64,000 bases of DNA from positions 2,972-66,971 of the forward strand of contig JAZDHF010000280.1 in assembly GCA_043806315.1 (NCBI GenBank). Reading direction: 5' to 3'. The stretch comes from Planctomycetota bacterium. GTDB taxonomy: Bacteria > Planctomycetota > Phycisphaerae > UBA1845. A program made the position numbers and the translations under genes. Below, piece after piece: positions 23,972 to 34,300 of this stretch; position 1 is the first letter of the stretch; each line of letters begins with the position of its first letter. The notes beneath the pieces were generated by a model. That model worked only from the letters and a program-made list of their open reading frames with translations, was not told the DNA's origin and searched no databases.

Positions 23972-26404
23972 TCACGGATTAGGCGTACACCGCCCGCAAC
24001 GATCGCGGCAGAACGGACTCCCGCACGTCTCACCCGTCGGACAGTGCTCCCTGCTGATGCACGGATCGCCGCTGCCGCTGCACGTCTTCACGCACGTGGA
24101 TTCGGCACCAAGCCCGGGAAGGGGCGAACCTCTGCATGTGGCCACACCTCCCGGCAGCGGAAACGGATCGCACGCGAGACTGCCCTCGCCGGGACCGCAG
24201 GTCACCAGCGACGGGCACTGGCACGGACCGCCGTACGGATAGGCCAGCCCCTTAAACGCGTCCACCACCGCCACGACGTCCGTTGCGCCGACGTCCGTGT
24301 TGAGTTCCGGCAGGTTCGGTTGAACCTGCGAACGGGAGTTCGCTGGAGCGCCCGCCAGCTTCTTGAACTTGTTGACCAGCGCGGTCGCGTCGGAGCCGTC
24401 GGGCTGCGTCCCAGTCCCCGGCGGGTTGTATGCCGTCTCCACGTCGCCGGAGCGGCGCGTATACATCGGCACGGCGGCGGACACATTCGTGCACGCGTCC
24501 TCGTTGCCCGTGCACGACGCCCCGTAGGTCTTCACGCTGTACTCCGAGCTGGGCATGATCTCCGCACCCACCACCGTGATCCGTCCGCTCGCCGTCTCCG
24601 CGACCCAGTCCGCGTAGAACGGCGAACACTGCAGCCGCGCCGCACGGTAGGGTCCGCTCAACGGCGGGCCCTGGGCCTCGTAGAACGTCGCCGGCTTGCC
24701 CACCCAGCGGGCGCAACCGCCCGTCTCGCCAGTGCCAGTGCAAACCCCGACAGCAGGGGGAACGGGGGCGAGGACGGTTCCGCAAGCAACTCCCGCCTCC
24801 CAGCATCCGAAGTTCTGCGGCGGACAGCAACCCGCGTTCGGCGGCTCCGGATTCTGCAGCTCGACCAACTCCACCCTGATGGCGTCCTGCCCAGGCGTAC
24901 CGGTCGCCGGGCACGGTGGGGACACCATGAAGCGCAACGATCGAGTGGTCCGATCCAGGCTGGGCGGATCGGAGTCCCAAACAATCTCACCCGGCGACGC
25001 AAACTGTCCGCAGACCCTCGCGCACGGGCCAAGGTTAATTTGGATTCTGGAAGGCAGTGGCTCGCTCGGCGAGAGGTCGCCCACACACAGGTTCCCGTCG
25101 AATACGCCGCCGACGAGAATATTCCCTTCAAGTGCGCCACCGACCAGGACATTGCCATCTGAGGACACGTCGCGCGACACGATGATGTCGCCGAGGACAT
25201 CGGCAAAGACCGTTACGGTCCCACCCATATCGCGGTCAATCTGAATGACCCCATTCGAAAGCAGACGCCCTCCACCAGCCATATTCCCGGCCACGCCGAT
25301 TTGACCATCGGCGTCTTCGCGGATGTGGATAGTCCCATTCAGATCGGCCTGACAGAGTTTGATGTCGCTACCCGACGCGGCGCTTAAAAACGTAGCTGTA
25401 CCTGAAAAGACGGCACCATTCTCTGCGAGCCCCACAGTCTCCGTGATTTCTCCGCCATCGAGGATTATCCCACTGCCGCCGCCAGGGATCAGTAGCTCCC
25501 CGGCGACGGGCCAATCGTTAAGGTCGATTGTCGGAATATGCTGCCCAACCGGCGTAAGTGTATCGTAGATTTTGATGACTGCCGACGCCTCGACACCGGT
25601 CCCCAAAAGCATGTCGCCGGAGAACTCGCCTAGGGTCCCCTCGACACCAAATGTGATGGAGACGGCCCCAAGCGTGTCGGCGATCTCGATGCTCGCGTCC
25701 GGGGCAACATTCCCGTTTACGGTCAGGGTTGCAAGCTCCATCACCCCCGTGACCGCGATATCCCCCAGTAGATCACCGCCGATGGTTAGCGACGGGGAGA
25801 GCACCACGGCCTCAATCCTGCCTAGAGCATCACCGGAAATGTCGAGAGACGACACCTGAGGAACAATGATGTCCCCTTCGGCGTCACCGTCGATGGTGAG
25901 GGAAAGGGTTCCGCCTGACCACCCGCTTGTTTTCTGGAGAGTGAGGTTCCCAGCGAGATTGCCAGACATTCTCGATCCGGAAGCGATGGACGAACAATGG
26001 TCGCCCGCTGGCGTCAGGCTCGCGGAGTTGAGGTTGGCGGCACCCGGTCCCTCGTCCGGGTTGGCGATCTTCACGCTATAGTTGTACTCTCCCGGCGAGG
26101 TGATGCTCCCGATGTTCGCCGGAGCGCCCTGCGCGTCCTTCGACCACACACGCCAAGCGTAAAGCGCGCCGGACGGCTCTTGACCAACGAGCAAACGCAC
26201 GGTCGGACCCGTGGGATCAGCGTTGAAGTCAAACACGTAGTCAACGCCCGCGGTCGGCGCGACAGCCAAATTATCGATTCGAACGCAGATGGTCGGTCCG
26301 CCGCCTGTGCCGCAGGCCTCCGGCCCAGCCTTAACACCGGTGCAGGGGGCAACCGTTCCGAAGAACGCGAAAAGCCAGAGCCGTGTGCCGCGTTTCATCC
26401 GCAA
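23972..26404 (-). CDS. Large secreted repeat protein with Cys-rich C-terminus
   Basis: 810 aa. Signal peptide, G/D/I/V-rich beta-repeat core, Cys-rich C-terminal tail. Function unknown. Confidence 0.6.
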   Translation of the reverse strand: MRMKRGTRLWLFAFFGTVAPCTGVKAGPEACGTGGGPTICVRIDNLAVAPTAGVDYVFDFNADPTGPTVRLLVGQEPSGALYAWRVWSKDAQGAPANIGSITSPGEYNYSVKIANPDEGPGAANLNSASLTPAGDHCSSIASGSRMSGNLAGNLTLQKTSGWSGGTLSLTIDGDAEGDIIVPQVSSLDISGDALGRIEAVVLSPSLTIGGDLLGDIAVTGVMELATLTVNGNVAPDASIEIADTLGAVSITFGVEGTLGEFSGDMLLGTGVEASAVIKIYDTLTPVGQHIPTIDLNDWPVAGELLIPGGGSGIILDGGEITETVGLAENGAVFSGTATFLSAASGSDIKLCQADLNGTIHIREDADGQIGVAGNMAGGGRLLSNGVIQIDRDMGGTVTVFADVLGDIIVSRDVSSDGNVLVGGALEGNILVGGVFDGNLCVGDLSPSEPLPSRIQINLGPCARVCGQFASPGEIVWDSDPPSLDRTTRSLRFMVSPPCPATGTPGQDAIRVELVELQNPEPPNAGCCPPQNFGCWEAGVACGTVLAPVPPAVGVCTGTGETGGCARWVGKPATFYEAQGPPLSGPYRAARLQCSPFYADWVAETASGRITVVGAEIMPSSEYSVKTYGASCTGNEDACTNVSAAVPMYTRRSGDVETAYNPPGTGTQPDGSDATALVNKFKKLAGAPANSRSQVQPNLPELNTDVGATDVVAVVDAFKGLAYPYGGPCQCPSLVTCGPGEGSLACDPFPLPGGVATCRGSPLPGLGAESTCVKTCSGSGDPCISREHCPTGETCGSPFCRDRCGRCTPNP

Positions 26405-26487
26405 TCCTCCTTCGCGCCACGTTTTCGGGCTTGACTCCGTCCCCTCCCAGGGGGCATAATCCTCGGTGGAGGGAGTAAGAGCCCACT

Positions 26488-27192
26488 ATGTTCCGATATT
26501 CTCTCTTGCTGGTCGTTGCGCTTGGCGCAAGCGCGCAAGCCCAGACTGTGTCGTATCAAGGAACGACATTCCCGGAACAAGATGGATGGACTCGTGACGA
26601 GCAGTTGTTCCCAGCCGATCGGGCGATCGAGAACGGTTGGCTGGTACAGCGGGCGGATGTGGTTCCGCAAGAGCCGCCGTTCCTGGACGTCAGCGAGCAA
26701 GACTTTTACCGTCGATCGCTTTCGGAGTTCGCTTGGTCGGATCCGTTCTTCATCGAGTGGCGCATGGTCACAGACGGACCGCGTACTGGGATCCCGAGCG
26801 CTTCGCCCGCGGCGATCGTTGCGGGCGGCACCTCCCACGCCTTCTATCACTTCACGATTGCAGAGGATCAAGCGCGTTTGATCAACGCCGACCTCTCGGT
26901 CCTTCTGGTCGATATCGCGCCGGGCGTACCGCATAACTATCGCCTCGAACTGTACGGGACGCAATCCTACCGCTGGCTGATCGACGGTCAAGTGGTCGAT
27001 TCCGGAATTCCGGAGGGCCCATACCCCACCGCGGACTCGGAGATCGTCTTCGGGGCCCGTGCCGCTGGGCAAACCATCACCGACCGCTGGGACTACATCC
27101 GCTACGGCACGATCCCCGAACCGGCGACCGGCGCGCTGCTGCTTGCGGGCGCCGCCACCGTTTCTTTTCCTCGGCGCAAGAAGGTGCGATGA
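26488..27192 (+). CDS. PEP-CTERM sorting-domain protein
   Basis: Signal peptide, then C-terminal IPEPATGALLLAGAATVSFPRRKK (PEP motif, TM helix, basic tail). Confidence 0.7.
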   Translation: MFRYSLLLVVALGASAQAQTVSYQGTTFPEQDGWTRDEQLFPADRAIENGWLVQRADVVPQEPPFLDVSEQDFYRRSLSEFAWSDPFFIEWRMVTDGPRTGIPSASPAAIVAGGTSHAFYHFTIAEDQARLINADLSVLLVDIAPGVPHNYRLELYGTQSYRWLIDGQVVDSGIPEGPYPTADSEIVFGARAAGQTITDRWDYIRYGTIPEPATGALLLAGAATVSFPRRKKVR

Positions 27193-27232
27193 CGAATGTT
27201 CGCCCGCCGGCATCGGCGGTAGAATCGCACCC

Positions 27233-28099
27233 ATGTTGCGGATCGGTCGGTACGAACTCTTCTCCGTGGTCACGGGTACGTTCCGCCTCGACGGCGGGGC
27301 CATGTTCGGCGTGGTCCCCAAGGTCCTCTGGGGCAGCGCCGTCAGCTTCGACGATGCCAACCGCATCTACCTCGCCACGCGAACGCTCCTGGCCGTCGAC
27401 CGCGACGCCCAGCGCGTGATTCTGGCCGACACCGGGTGCGGGACGAAGTGGAGCCGCGAGCACGCCGCACGCTTCGCCATCGAACACGACCGCGAGGCCA
27501 TTCCCAACGCTCTCGCGGCGCTCGGTCTGTCGGCCGGCGACGTCACCGACATCGTCGTCACCCATTTGCACTTCGATCACAACGGCGGCTTGACCGAATG
27601 GTTCGACGACCCCGGCGGCCCGACGACCCTCCGTTTCCCCAAGGCCCGACATTTGATTCACAGAAAGCAGTGGGATCACGCCCACCATCCGAACTACAAG
27701 GACCGCGCGTCGTTCCTCAAGGAGGATTTCGACAGTCTGGAAAACGCGGGCGTGCTTCGTTTTGTCGAGGGCGACCAACCGACCGCGCCGTGGGACGGCG
27801 CGGAGTGGTTCATCTCTCACGGCCACACGCCGTACCAACTGCACCCCGTGTTCACCGACGGCTCGACTCGGCTCTACTTTGTCGGCGATCTGATCCCCAC
27901 GACGGCACACCTACGCCTCGGCTGGGTCATGGCCTATGACCTGTTTCCGCTGACGACGATTCAGGAAAAAGAGATGCTCTTCCGCGGGGCGATCGAGAAG
28001 GGGTGGTTGCTGGCTTTTCCGCACGATCCTAGAATTAGCGGGGTCTCTCTCGGTGGGACGCTCGAGAGGCCGATTGTCACTCAGACCCTGCTCCTTTGA
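27233..28099 (+). CDS. MBL-fold metallo-hydrolase
   Basis: THLHFDHNGG (HxHxDH). ATG at 27233 (MLRIGRYEL). Confidence 0.8.
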   Translation: MLRIGRYELFSVVTGTFRLDGGAMFGVVPKVLWGSAVSFDDANRIYLATRTLLAVDRDAQRVILADTGCGTKWSREHAARFAIEHDREAIPNALAALGLSAGDVTDIVVTHLHFDHNGGLTEWFDDPGGPTTLRFPKARHLIHRKQWDHAHHPNYKDRASFLKEDFDSLENAGVLRFVEGDQPTAPWDGAEWFISHGHTPYQLHPVFTDGSTRLYFVGDLIPTTAHLRLGWVMAYDLFPLTTIQEKEMLFRGAIEKGWLLAFPHDPRISGVSLGGTLERPIVTQTLLL

Positions 28100-28196
28100 A
28101 GAACTCCGCACCGCCGCCGAAGATGACTCCCGGTGACCGGCGGCTGCCGCGCCTCGCTCGTGGAAATCAGCTTCCGAAGGTTGACGAAGCTTACCG

Positions 28197-28239
28197 AAAA
28201 AAGAACGCGAAACCGGTGGTTACGCCGGCTTCGCGTTCT
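28197..28239 (-). terminator. Rho-independent terminator (minus strand)
   Basis: 15-bp stem with 1 mismatch (28202-28216 / 28225-28239). Followed on the minus strand by a U6 run (28197-28202). Confidence 0.45.
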
Positions 28240-28487
28240 CTTCAAGCCCTGTTCGCAAACCCGCGCCGCCCTCGCCACGCAGGTTACGGAAGGCGCCGCT
28301 TCACCGAATCGTCCACCGCTGCGGCCTCGCAGCGCCGGAAGATCGCCGAGTGACCAAGCAAACCAAGAAAAGACGCGAAGCCGCGCTAGCCGCGCGACCC
28401 CGCGTCCACAATCCCATGGCCACTCCCCGCGCGCCGGGCTGCATCCCGTGGATCAGACCCGCGCCGAAGAGTGGTGTTGGCAGACCC

Positions 28488-28670
28488 TTAGTTCGTGTCG
28501 TCGGTCGAGAAGATATTGAACACGCCGTTGTTGTCCAGCAGGTACTCTTGGCCGGCATACATCGCCGTGTCCCACAGAATCCGCTGCCAGTTCCACCCGC
28601 CCAGGCAACCGCCGAAAAGCGTCGTTCCAGCCAGTGCCAACAACAAGGCACCCTTCTTCATCTTGCGCAT
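28488..28670 (-). CDS. Small putative lipoprotein
   Basis: 60 aa from MRKMKKGALLLALAGTTLFGGC (lipobox-like LFGGC). No other support. Confidence 0.4.
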   Translation of the reverse strand: MRKMKKGALLLALAGTTLFGGCLGGWNWQRILWDTAMYAGQEYLLDNNGVFNIFSTDDTN

Positions 28671-29377
28671 CTGTTGATCTCCTTTGATAAACGGTTTGCG
28701 ATCTCGCTTACCCGAGTTACGCCCGGATCTAAACACCGCAGCAAGAGGCAAACTTGTCACACCGGGTCACGGCCCGGCTCATTCCAAACACCTCTTTCGG
28801 CGCGGGTCCGCCCCCGCGCCGCTACTCAGACCTCACTAAACGGTTGTTCTCTTTTCCCGCCTCAACCTATGCCGTCCGACTCGGTCATCCGCGCCGCCGA
28901 GTTCGACCGTCAAAATTGGTCGGGCCTGGTGTCCGGTAGCTTTCGCTACTCAGTTGAGGCGATCGGTCCATCGCCCATCGGGCAACTCGTTCGACCGACC
29001 CCACGAAAGGGGGATCGCGTCGTTGGTGCCCGGGACTATTGTGCGACCGCCTGACGACCGCAAGAGTACGCCGCCGTCATCTCGCGCGGCCCTGTTGCAA
29101 TCCGCGCCACCGCCCTTCGTCCGCGCCGACGATCGACGGCATGTAGGGCCTTATCGGGCAATCCGTTCGCCCAGCATGAAGTTTTTCTAGTCCCGCCCGG
29201 CAAGCATTCTTGCCTACACGAACACGCCCACGGGTTCGACGGCGTACGCTGGACAACCCCTACCCCCGCTCAACGCCGATTCGAGCGGGGCAGACACAGT
29301 GGCATAAGCATCGTCCTATGTCAAGTCAATAATTCTCTTCCAACCCAAAAAAGTCCTAGTGCTTTATCGGATAGGTG

Positions 29378-29386
29378 TGGTATACT
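29378..29386 (+). promoter_or_regulatory. Extended -10 promoter element TGgTATACT upstream of rho
   Basis: Sits in a locally AT-rich patch about 190 nt upstream of the rho start. No good -35 box. Confidence 0.3.
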
Positions 29387-29573
29387 GTGATCGCAAGCCG
29401 CCGGATTCTCACGAATCGTTTCAGCAGACCGCGGCCTGGGCCGTCTTTCGCTCACACATGCCGTAACCCCATGCAGGAGCCTTACTTGGGGACGGGGTGG
29501 CAGGTGTTTATCGGCCCGCTGCATGAACCTTGACCACGGATGGATTAGCCAGTCTACTAAGCAGGATGTGAAC

Positions 29574-30710
29574 ATGGGTGATATAGCCCTCCAGGAAACG
29601 GGCGTGTTCGAGCCGAACGGGCGAGCTGGAGGTTATCTCCGCTCGGGGGACGCCAACTACCGAATCCAGCCCGGCGACGCGCTGGTGACCCCGCAGGTTA
29701 CACGCGAGTTACGACTCCGCGGCGGCGAGACCATCGTCGGGACGGTTCGGGGCGGCGGCGACCCGCGCCGGGGCCGCGGCCGTGAGTTGCACGAGGTCGA
29801 GTCCGTCAATGGGCGCTCGGTCGATGATTACCTCGACGCCAAGCCCTTCGAAGAGCTGACCGCGATCGATCCGCAGGCGGCGGTCCGGTTCGAGACGCCC
29901 GGCGGGTCGCCGTCGATGCGCGTCGTTGATCTGATGACGCCCATCGGACTCGGTCAACGCGGACTCATCGTCGCGCCGCCGCGAACCGGTAAGACGATCC
30001 TGCTGCAACAGATGGCCGCCGGCGTGGCCGCGAACTACCCCGACGTCTACATGATGGTCCTGCTCATCGACGAGCGGCCTGAGGAAGTGACCGACATGCG
30101 CCGCACGGTCCACGGCGAAGTCGTGTTCAGCAGCAACGACCAGGACATCGCCAGTCACGTGCGCATCGCCCGCTTGATGATCGAGAAGGCCAAGCGCCTC
30201 GTCGAGTGCGGGCATGATGTGTTCGTTCTGCTCGACTCGCTGACCCGCGTGGGCCGGGCCTTCAACGCCGCCATCCGCACCAGCGGACGGATCATGTCCG
30301 GCGGACTGGACATCCGAGCGCTGACCGAGCCCAAGGCCATCTTCGGGGCCGCCCGCAACGTCGAGCACGGCGGGTCGCTGACCATCATCGCCTCGGCCCT
30401 GATCGACACCGGCAGCCGCATGGACGAAGTCATCTTCAACGAGTTCAAGGGCACGGGGAACATGGAGATCATGCTCTCGCGGGAGATGGCCAACCGCCGC
30501 GTCTGGCCCGCGATCGACCTCAATCAATCCGGCACGCGCAAGGAAGAGCGGCTGCTCTCCCCGGAGGCCCTCGCGGTCTCGCACAAAATCCGCCGCTCCC
30601 TCCTCGACCGCGACCCCATCCGCGCCATGGAGCAACTCAACGCCGCCCTGGCCAAGTTCCCCTCCAACGCCGAGTTTGTGGCCAAGTTCAACGAACGACT
30701 CTGGCGGTGA
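29574..30710 (+). CDS. rho: Transcription termination factor Rho
   Basis: Walker A APPRTGKT and LIDERPEEV. The ATG at 29574 is preceded by AGGA. The ORF track starts at 29523. Confidence 0.9.
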   Translation: MGDIALQETGVFEPNGRAGGYLRSGDANYRIQPGDALVTPQVTRELRLRGGETIVGTVRGGGDPRRGRGRELHEVESVNGRSVDDYLDAKPFEELTAIDPQAAVRFETPGGSPSMRVVDLMTPIGLGQRGLIVAPPRTGKTILLQQMAAGVAANYPDVYMMVLLIDERPEEVTDMRRTVHGEVVFSSNDQDIASHVRIARLMIEKAKRLVECGHDVFVLLDSLTRVGRAFNAAIRTSGRIMSGGLDIRALTEPKAIFGAARNVEHGGSLTIIASALIDTGSRMDEVIFNEFKGTGNMEIMLSREMANRRVWPAIDLNQSGTRKEERLLSPEALAVSHKIRRSLLDRDPIRAMEQLNAALAKFPSNAEFVAKFNERLWR

Positions 30711-30760
30711 CACGTCCAGGCACGAAGGCACGGAGGGACGGAGGGACGAAGGTAGGCAGG

Positions 30761-30836
30761 GACGGGGAGATCGTGCCACGTTGTGACACCTATGCGATGT
30801 TCCACGTGGAACATGATTTGCGCCCCCGGCGCGCGG
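30761..30836. repeat. About 76-bp repeat with GTTCCACGTGGAAC core (left flank of the ROCO-cyclase locus)
   Basis: Its reverse complement aligns without gaps to 34657-34735 at about 65-70% identity, with identical core-to-TGGCACG spacing of 20 nt. Confidence 0.5.
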
Positions 30837-31207
30837 AGTGGGCGCTCCCGGAACGACCCACCGACGCGGGTGCACGGCCTCCGCGGTCTCTGCCTATAGA
30901 ACTTGCGGGGTGATCGGCGGGTGGACGATCGCGGGGCGATCACCGCCCGCCCATTCCGAATTGGAAGGGGGCGGTCACGGCGCGGGAGCGGATCGCTCCC
31001 CGCGGACGGCGGAGGCGGCAGGCTGCGATCCAACAACCCTACTCGAAAAACAAGAATCTCCCCCTACTGTCGACGAGTAGGTCATCGGTGGGAGCCAATA
31101 GTAGGGGAAGGTGCGAGCACCTGTCCCACTCGGCTTCCGCGCCGTTGGCGCGCCGCCGATCGGAGGCGATAATTCGCACCCGCTGCAGGTGTGATGAGGG
31201 ATGACCC

Positions 31208-31327
31208 ATGGCCGACGCTTTCGCATACGACGTCTTCCTCAGCTACAACTCAAACGACAAGGCGCGTGTGCGGCGGCTGGCCGAGTGGTTCCAGGCAGCA
31301 GAAGCGCAGCGGGAATCTTATGGCTGA
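31208..31327 (+). pseudogene. TIR-domain N-terminal remnant (39 codons)
   Basis: Own translation: MADAFAYDVFLSYNSNDKARVRRLAEWFQAAEAQRESYG*. YDVFLSY-x3-D is the first TIR strand motif. Its stop overlaps the start of the next gene. Confidence 0.55.
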
Positions 31328-34300
31328 CAAGAATCAGGAAGAGCAATGGCGGCGCGCCGACGATGAGGTGCGGAAGAATCTGCCGCCGGGCGTGAAGCTC
31401 GTCCGTACACTGCGCGGGCACACGGACTGGATTGGGCGGATCGCGTGGTCGCCCGACGGGCGGCTTATCGCATCGCCCTCGATGGACATGTCCATTCGCC
31501 TCTGGGACGCGGAAAACGGCAAGGAAACCCGCCGATTCGAAGGGCACCAGCACGGGGTCAATAGCGTCGTTTTCAGCCCGGACGGGGCACGACTGGCCAG
31601 CGGAAGCTACGACAATACCGTGTGCCTCTGGGACGTGGGAACCGGCGAGGAACTCCGCCGATTCAAAGGGTACGAGCACAGCGTCAATGGCGTCGTCTTC
31701 AGCCCCGACGGGGCGCGACTGGCCAGCGGAAGCGACGACAACACCGTGCGGGTGTGGGACGTGGGAACCGGCAAGGAATTCCGCCGATTCGGAGGGCACC
31801 AGGGCTGGGTCAGTAGCGTCGTATTCAGCCCCGACGGGGCACGACTGACCAGCGGGGGCGGCGACAACACCGTGCGGCTGTGGGACGTGAGAACCGGCAA
31901 GAAACTCCGCCGATTCGAAGGGCACCAGGAATGGGTCCCTAGCGTCGTATTCAGCCCGGATGGGGCACGACTGGCCAGCGGAAGCGACGACAACACCGTG
32001 CGGCTGTGGGACGTGGGAACCGGCAAGTTGCTTCGCACGCTGGAAGGACACACGGACTCCGTGATTTGCGTTGCGTTCCTCTCCGATGGGCGGCTCCTGG
32101 CTTCGAAGAGCAGTGATCACACCGTCCGTCTGTGGAGCGTCGATCCCGGCGCGTGCGTGGCGGTGATCCCCGAGCCCACCTCACGCTACCTTTGGCCACC
32201 CGGTCTCGCCTTCAATCCTCGCCTTCCGAGGCTCGCCACGGTCGGTTCCGATCCGGGCGCGCCCGCGGACAACCCGGGATCAACAGAGACACTCCGCGAC
32301 TGCGTCATCCACATCTGGCAACTGGACCTCGCCGTCCTACTCGGCCAAGTGGCTGAGCCAAGCGCCCACTACGTCAACGCCAAGGTGGTTTTGGTGGGCG
32401 ACACCGGCGTGGGTAAAACCGGGCTGAGCCTCGTGCTGAACCACCAGCCCTATAGGGAGACCGACTCCACGGCGGGGCGGCATGTCTGGACGTTCGATTC
32501 ACGGGAGGTCCCCGTCGGGCTCAATGTCGCGCAGACACGCGAGACGTTGTTGTGGGATTTGGCCGGACAGCCGGGCTATCGAGTCATCCACCAGTTGCAC
32601 CTCAACGAAGTGGCCGTCGCCCTCGTGGTGTTCGACGCCCGCAGTGAGACCGATCCGCTCGCCGGCGTCCGGCACTGGGAGCGCGCCTTGCGCTTGGCGC
32701 AGCAGCGGCAGGGGACTTCGGGCGTCCCCATGAAGAAGTTCCTGGTCTCCGCCCGCAACGATCGCGGCGGCGTCTCCATCGGCGAGGAACGAGTTAAGAC
32801 GATCCTCGATGAATTCGGGTTCGACGGCTATTTCAAGACCAGCGCCAAGGAAGGCTGGCAGGTCAAGGAACTGCGGGCGGCCATCGAGAAGGCGATCGAG
32901 TGGGAAACGCTCCCGGAGGTTTCGTCCTCGCAATTGTTCGCCGACATCAAGTCGTTCCTGCTAGAGGTGAAGAAGACGGGCCGGCTCTTGGCGCCGGCGA
33001 GCCAGCTTTACGACGACTTCGCCCGTCAGCATCCCGACACGGCGGCGAAAACGGCGAACCTTCGTGACCAGTTCGAGACCTGCACCGGGCGGCTGGAAAA
33101 CCGCGACCTGATCCGCCGCCTCACCTTCGGCGGCTATGTGCTCCTCCAGCCGGAGTTGCTGGACGCCTACGGCTCCGCGATGGTCAACACGGCCAGGGAA
33201 GAGCCGGACGGGCTCGGTTCCATCGCCGAAGAAATCGCCCTGACCGGCAAGTTCTTCGTACCCAAGGAGCAGAACATCAAGGATCCCGGCCAGGAGCAGT
33301 TGCTGTTGCACGCCACCGTGGAGGAACTGGTCCGGCACGACCTGGCCCTGCGCGAGAACGCGGATGACGGGCGCTACCTCGTCTTTCCATCGCAGTTCAA
33401 CCGCGACTACGAAGACGCGCCCGAACCCAAAGGCAAGGCGGCCGCGCTGACCTTCGAGGGCCCGGTCCAGAGCCTTTATGCAACGCTCGCGGTGCGGCTG
33501 GGTCACAGCGGCTTGTTCACTACCGGGCGGGCGGAGATGTGGCGCAACGCGGCCATCTTCACCGCCACGGCGGGCGGCAAGTGCGGGCTTTTCCTACACG
33601 AATTCGCCGAGGCCCGCGGGCGTTTGATCCTCTTCTTCGATGACCACGCCAGCAGCGAGACGCGGTTCCACTTCGAGGAATTCGTCCTGGCCCATGCCCG
33701 TCGCCGTGCGCTGGACGGGACCGTGGAACTCGTGCGGTTTTTCATGTGTCCCGACTGCGCTGACCCGGTGCCCGATAGCTACGTGAAGCGGCTTAGGGAT
33801 AAAGGAACGATGGCGTTCAACTGTCCCTGCGGAGGGACGGTGTCGCTGGTCGAGCCGAAGGAGCGCATTCGCTTCCCGTCGCAAGTCGAGGCCATGGACA
33901 AATCCGCCGACCGGCAGCGGGATTTCGATGCGTTCGTCATGTCGGCCAAAGGCGAGACGAGCACCAAGGACTTTCACGAATGGGCCGGAGGCGAGCGGGT
34001 TACGCTGGCGATCGTGTTCACCGACGTGATCGGCTCGACGGCGCTGAGCGAAGAAATCCGGGAAGAGGCCATGAACGAAGTGCGGCGGGCGCACTTTGTC
34101 CAGAGCCGCAAGTTGCTGGCGCAGTTCAAAGGCCGGGAAATCAAGACCATAGGCGACAGCTTCATGGCCGCGTTCAAGGCCGTGGACGCGGCCCTGGATT
34201 ACGCGATTGCCTTGCAGGTCAGCACCGGCGATCCGCACGTGCAGATCCGCGCCGGCATCCATATCGGCCCGATGCAGGTGGAGGAAGGCGACGTGTTCGG

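Noticed and set aside
23291-25162. 623-aa plus-strand ORF
   Set aside because: It is antisense to the secreted beta-helix and 810-aa proteins. It is Arg/Ala-rich junk with no start context.
26395-27366. 323-aa minus-strand ORF overlapping the PEP-CTERM and MBL genes
   Set aside because: It is antisense to two genes with clear signal, sorting and catalytic motifs, and has low-complexity Arg-rich composition.
28350-29054. 234-aa plus-strand ORF in the gene-poor region
   Set aside because: It has junk-like composition. It is antisense to the small lipoprotein ORF and runs across the region's hairpins. No motif was found.
31191-31319. 43-aa N-terminal extension of the ROCO-cyclase ORF (MMRDDPWPTL...)
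   Set aside because: It has no motif and is S/T/R-rich. The same DNA read in another frame gives the TIR stub, and the ATG at 31320 is used instead. The true start remains unverified.
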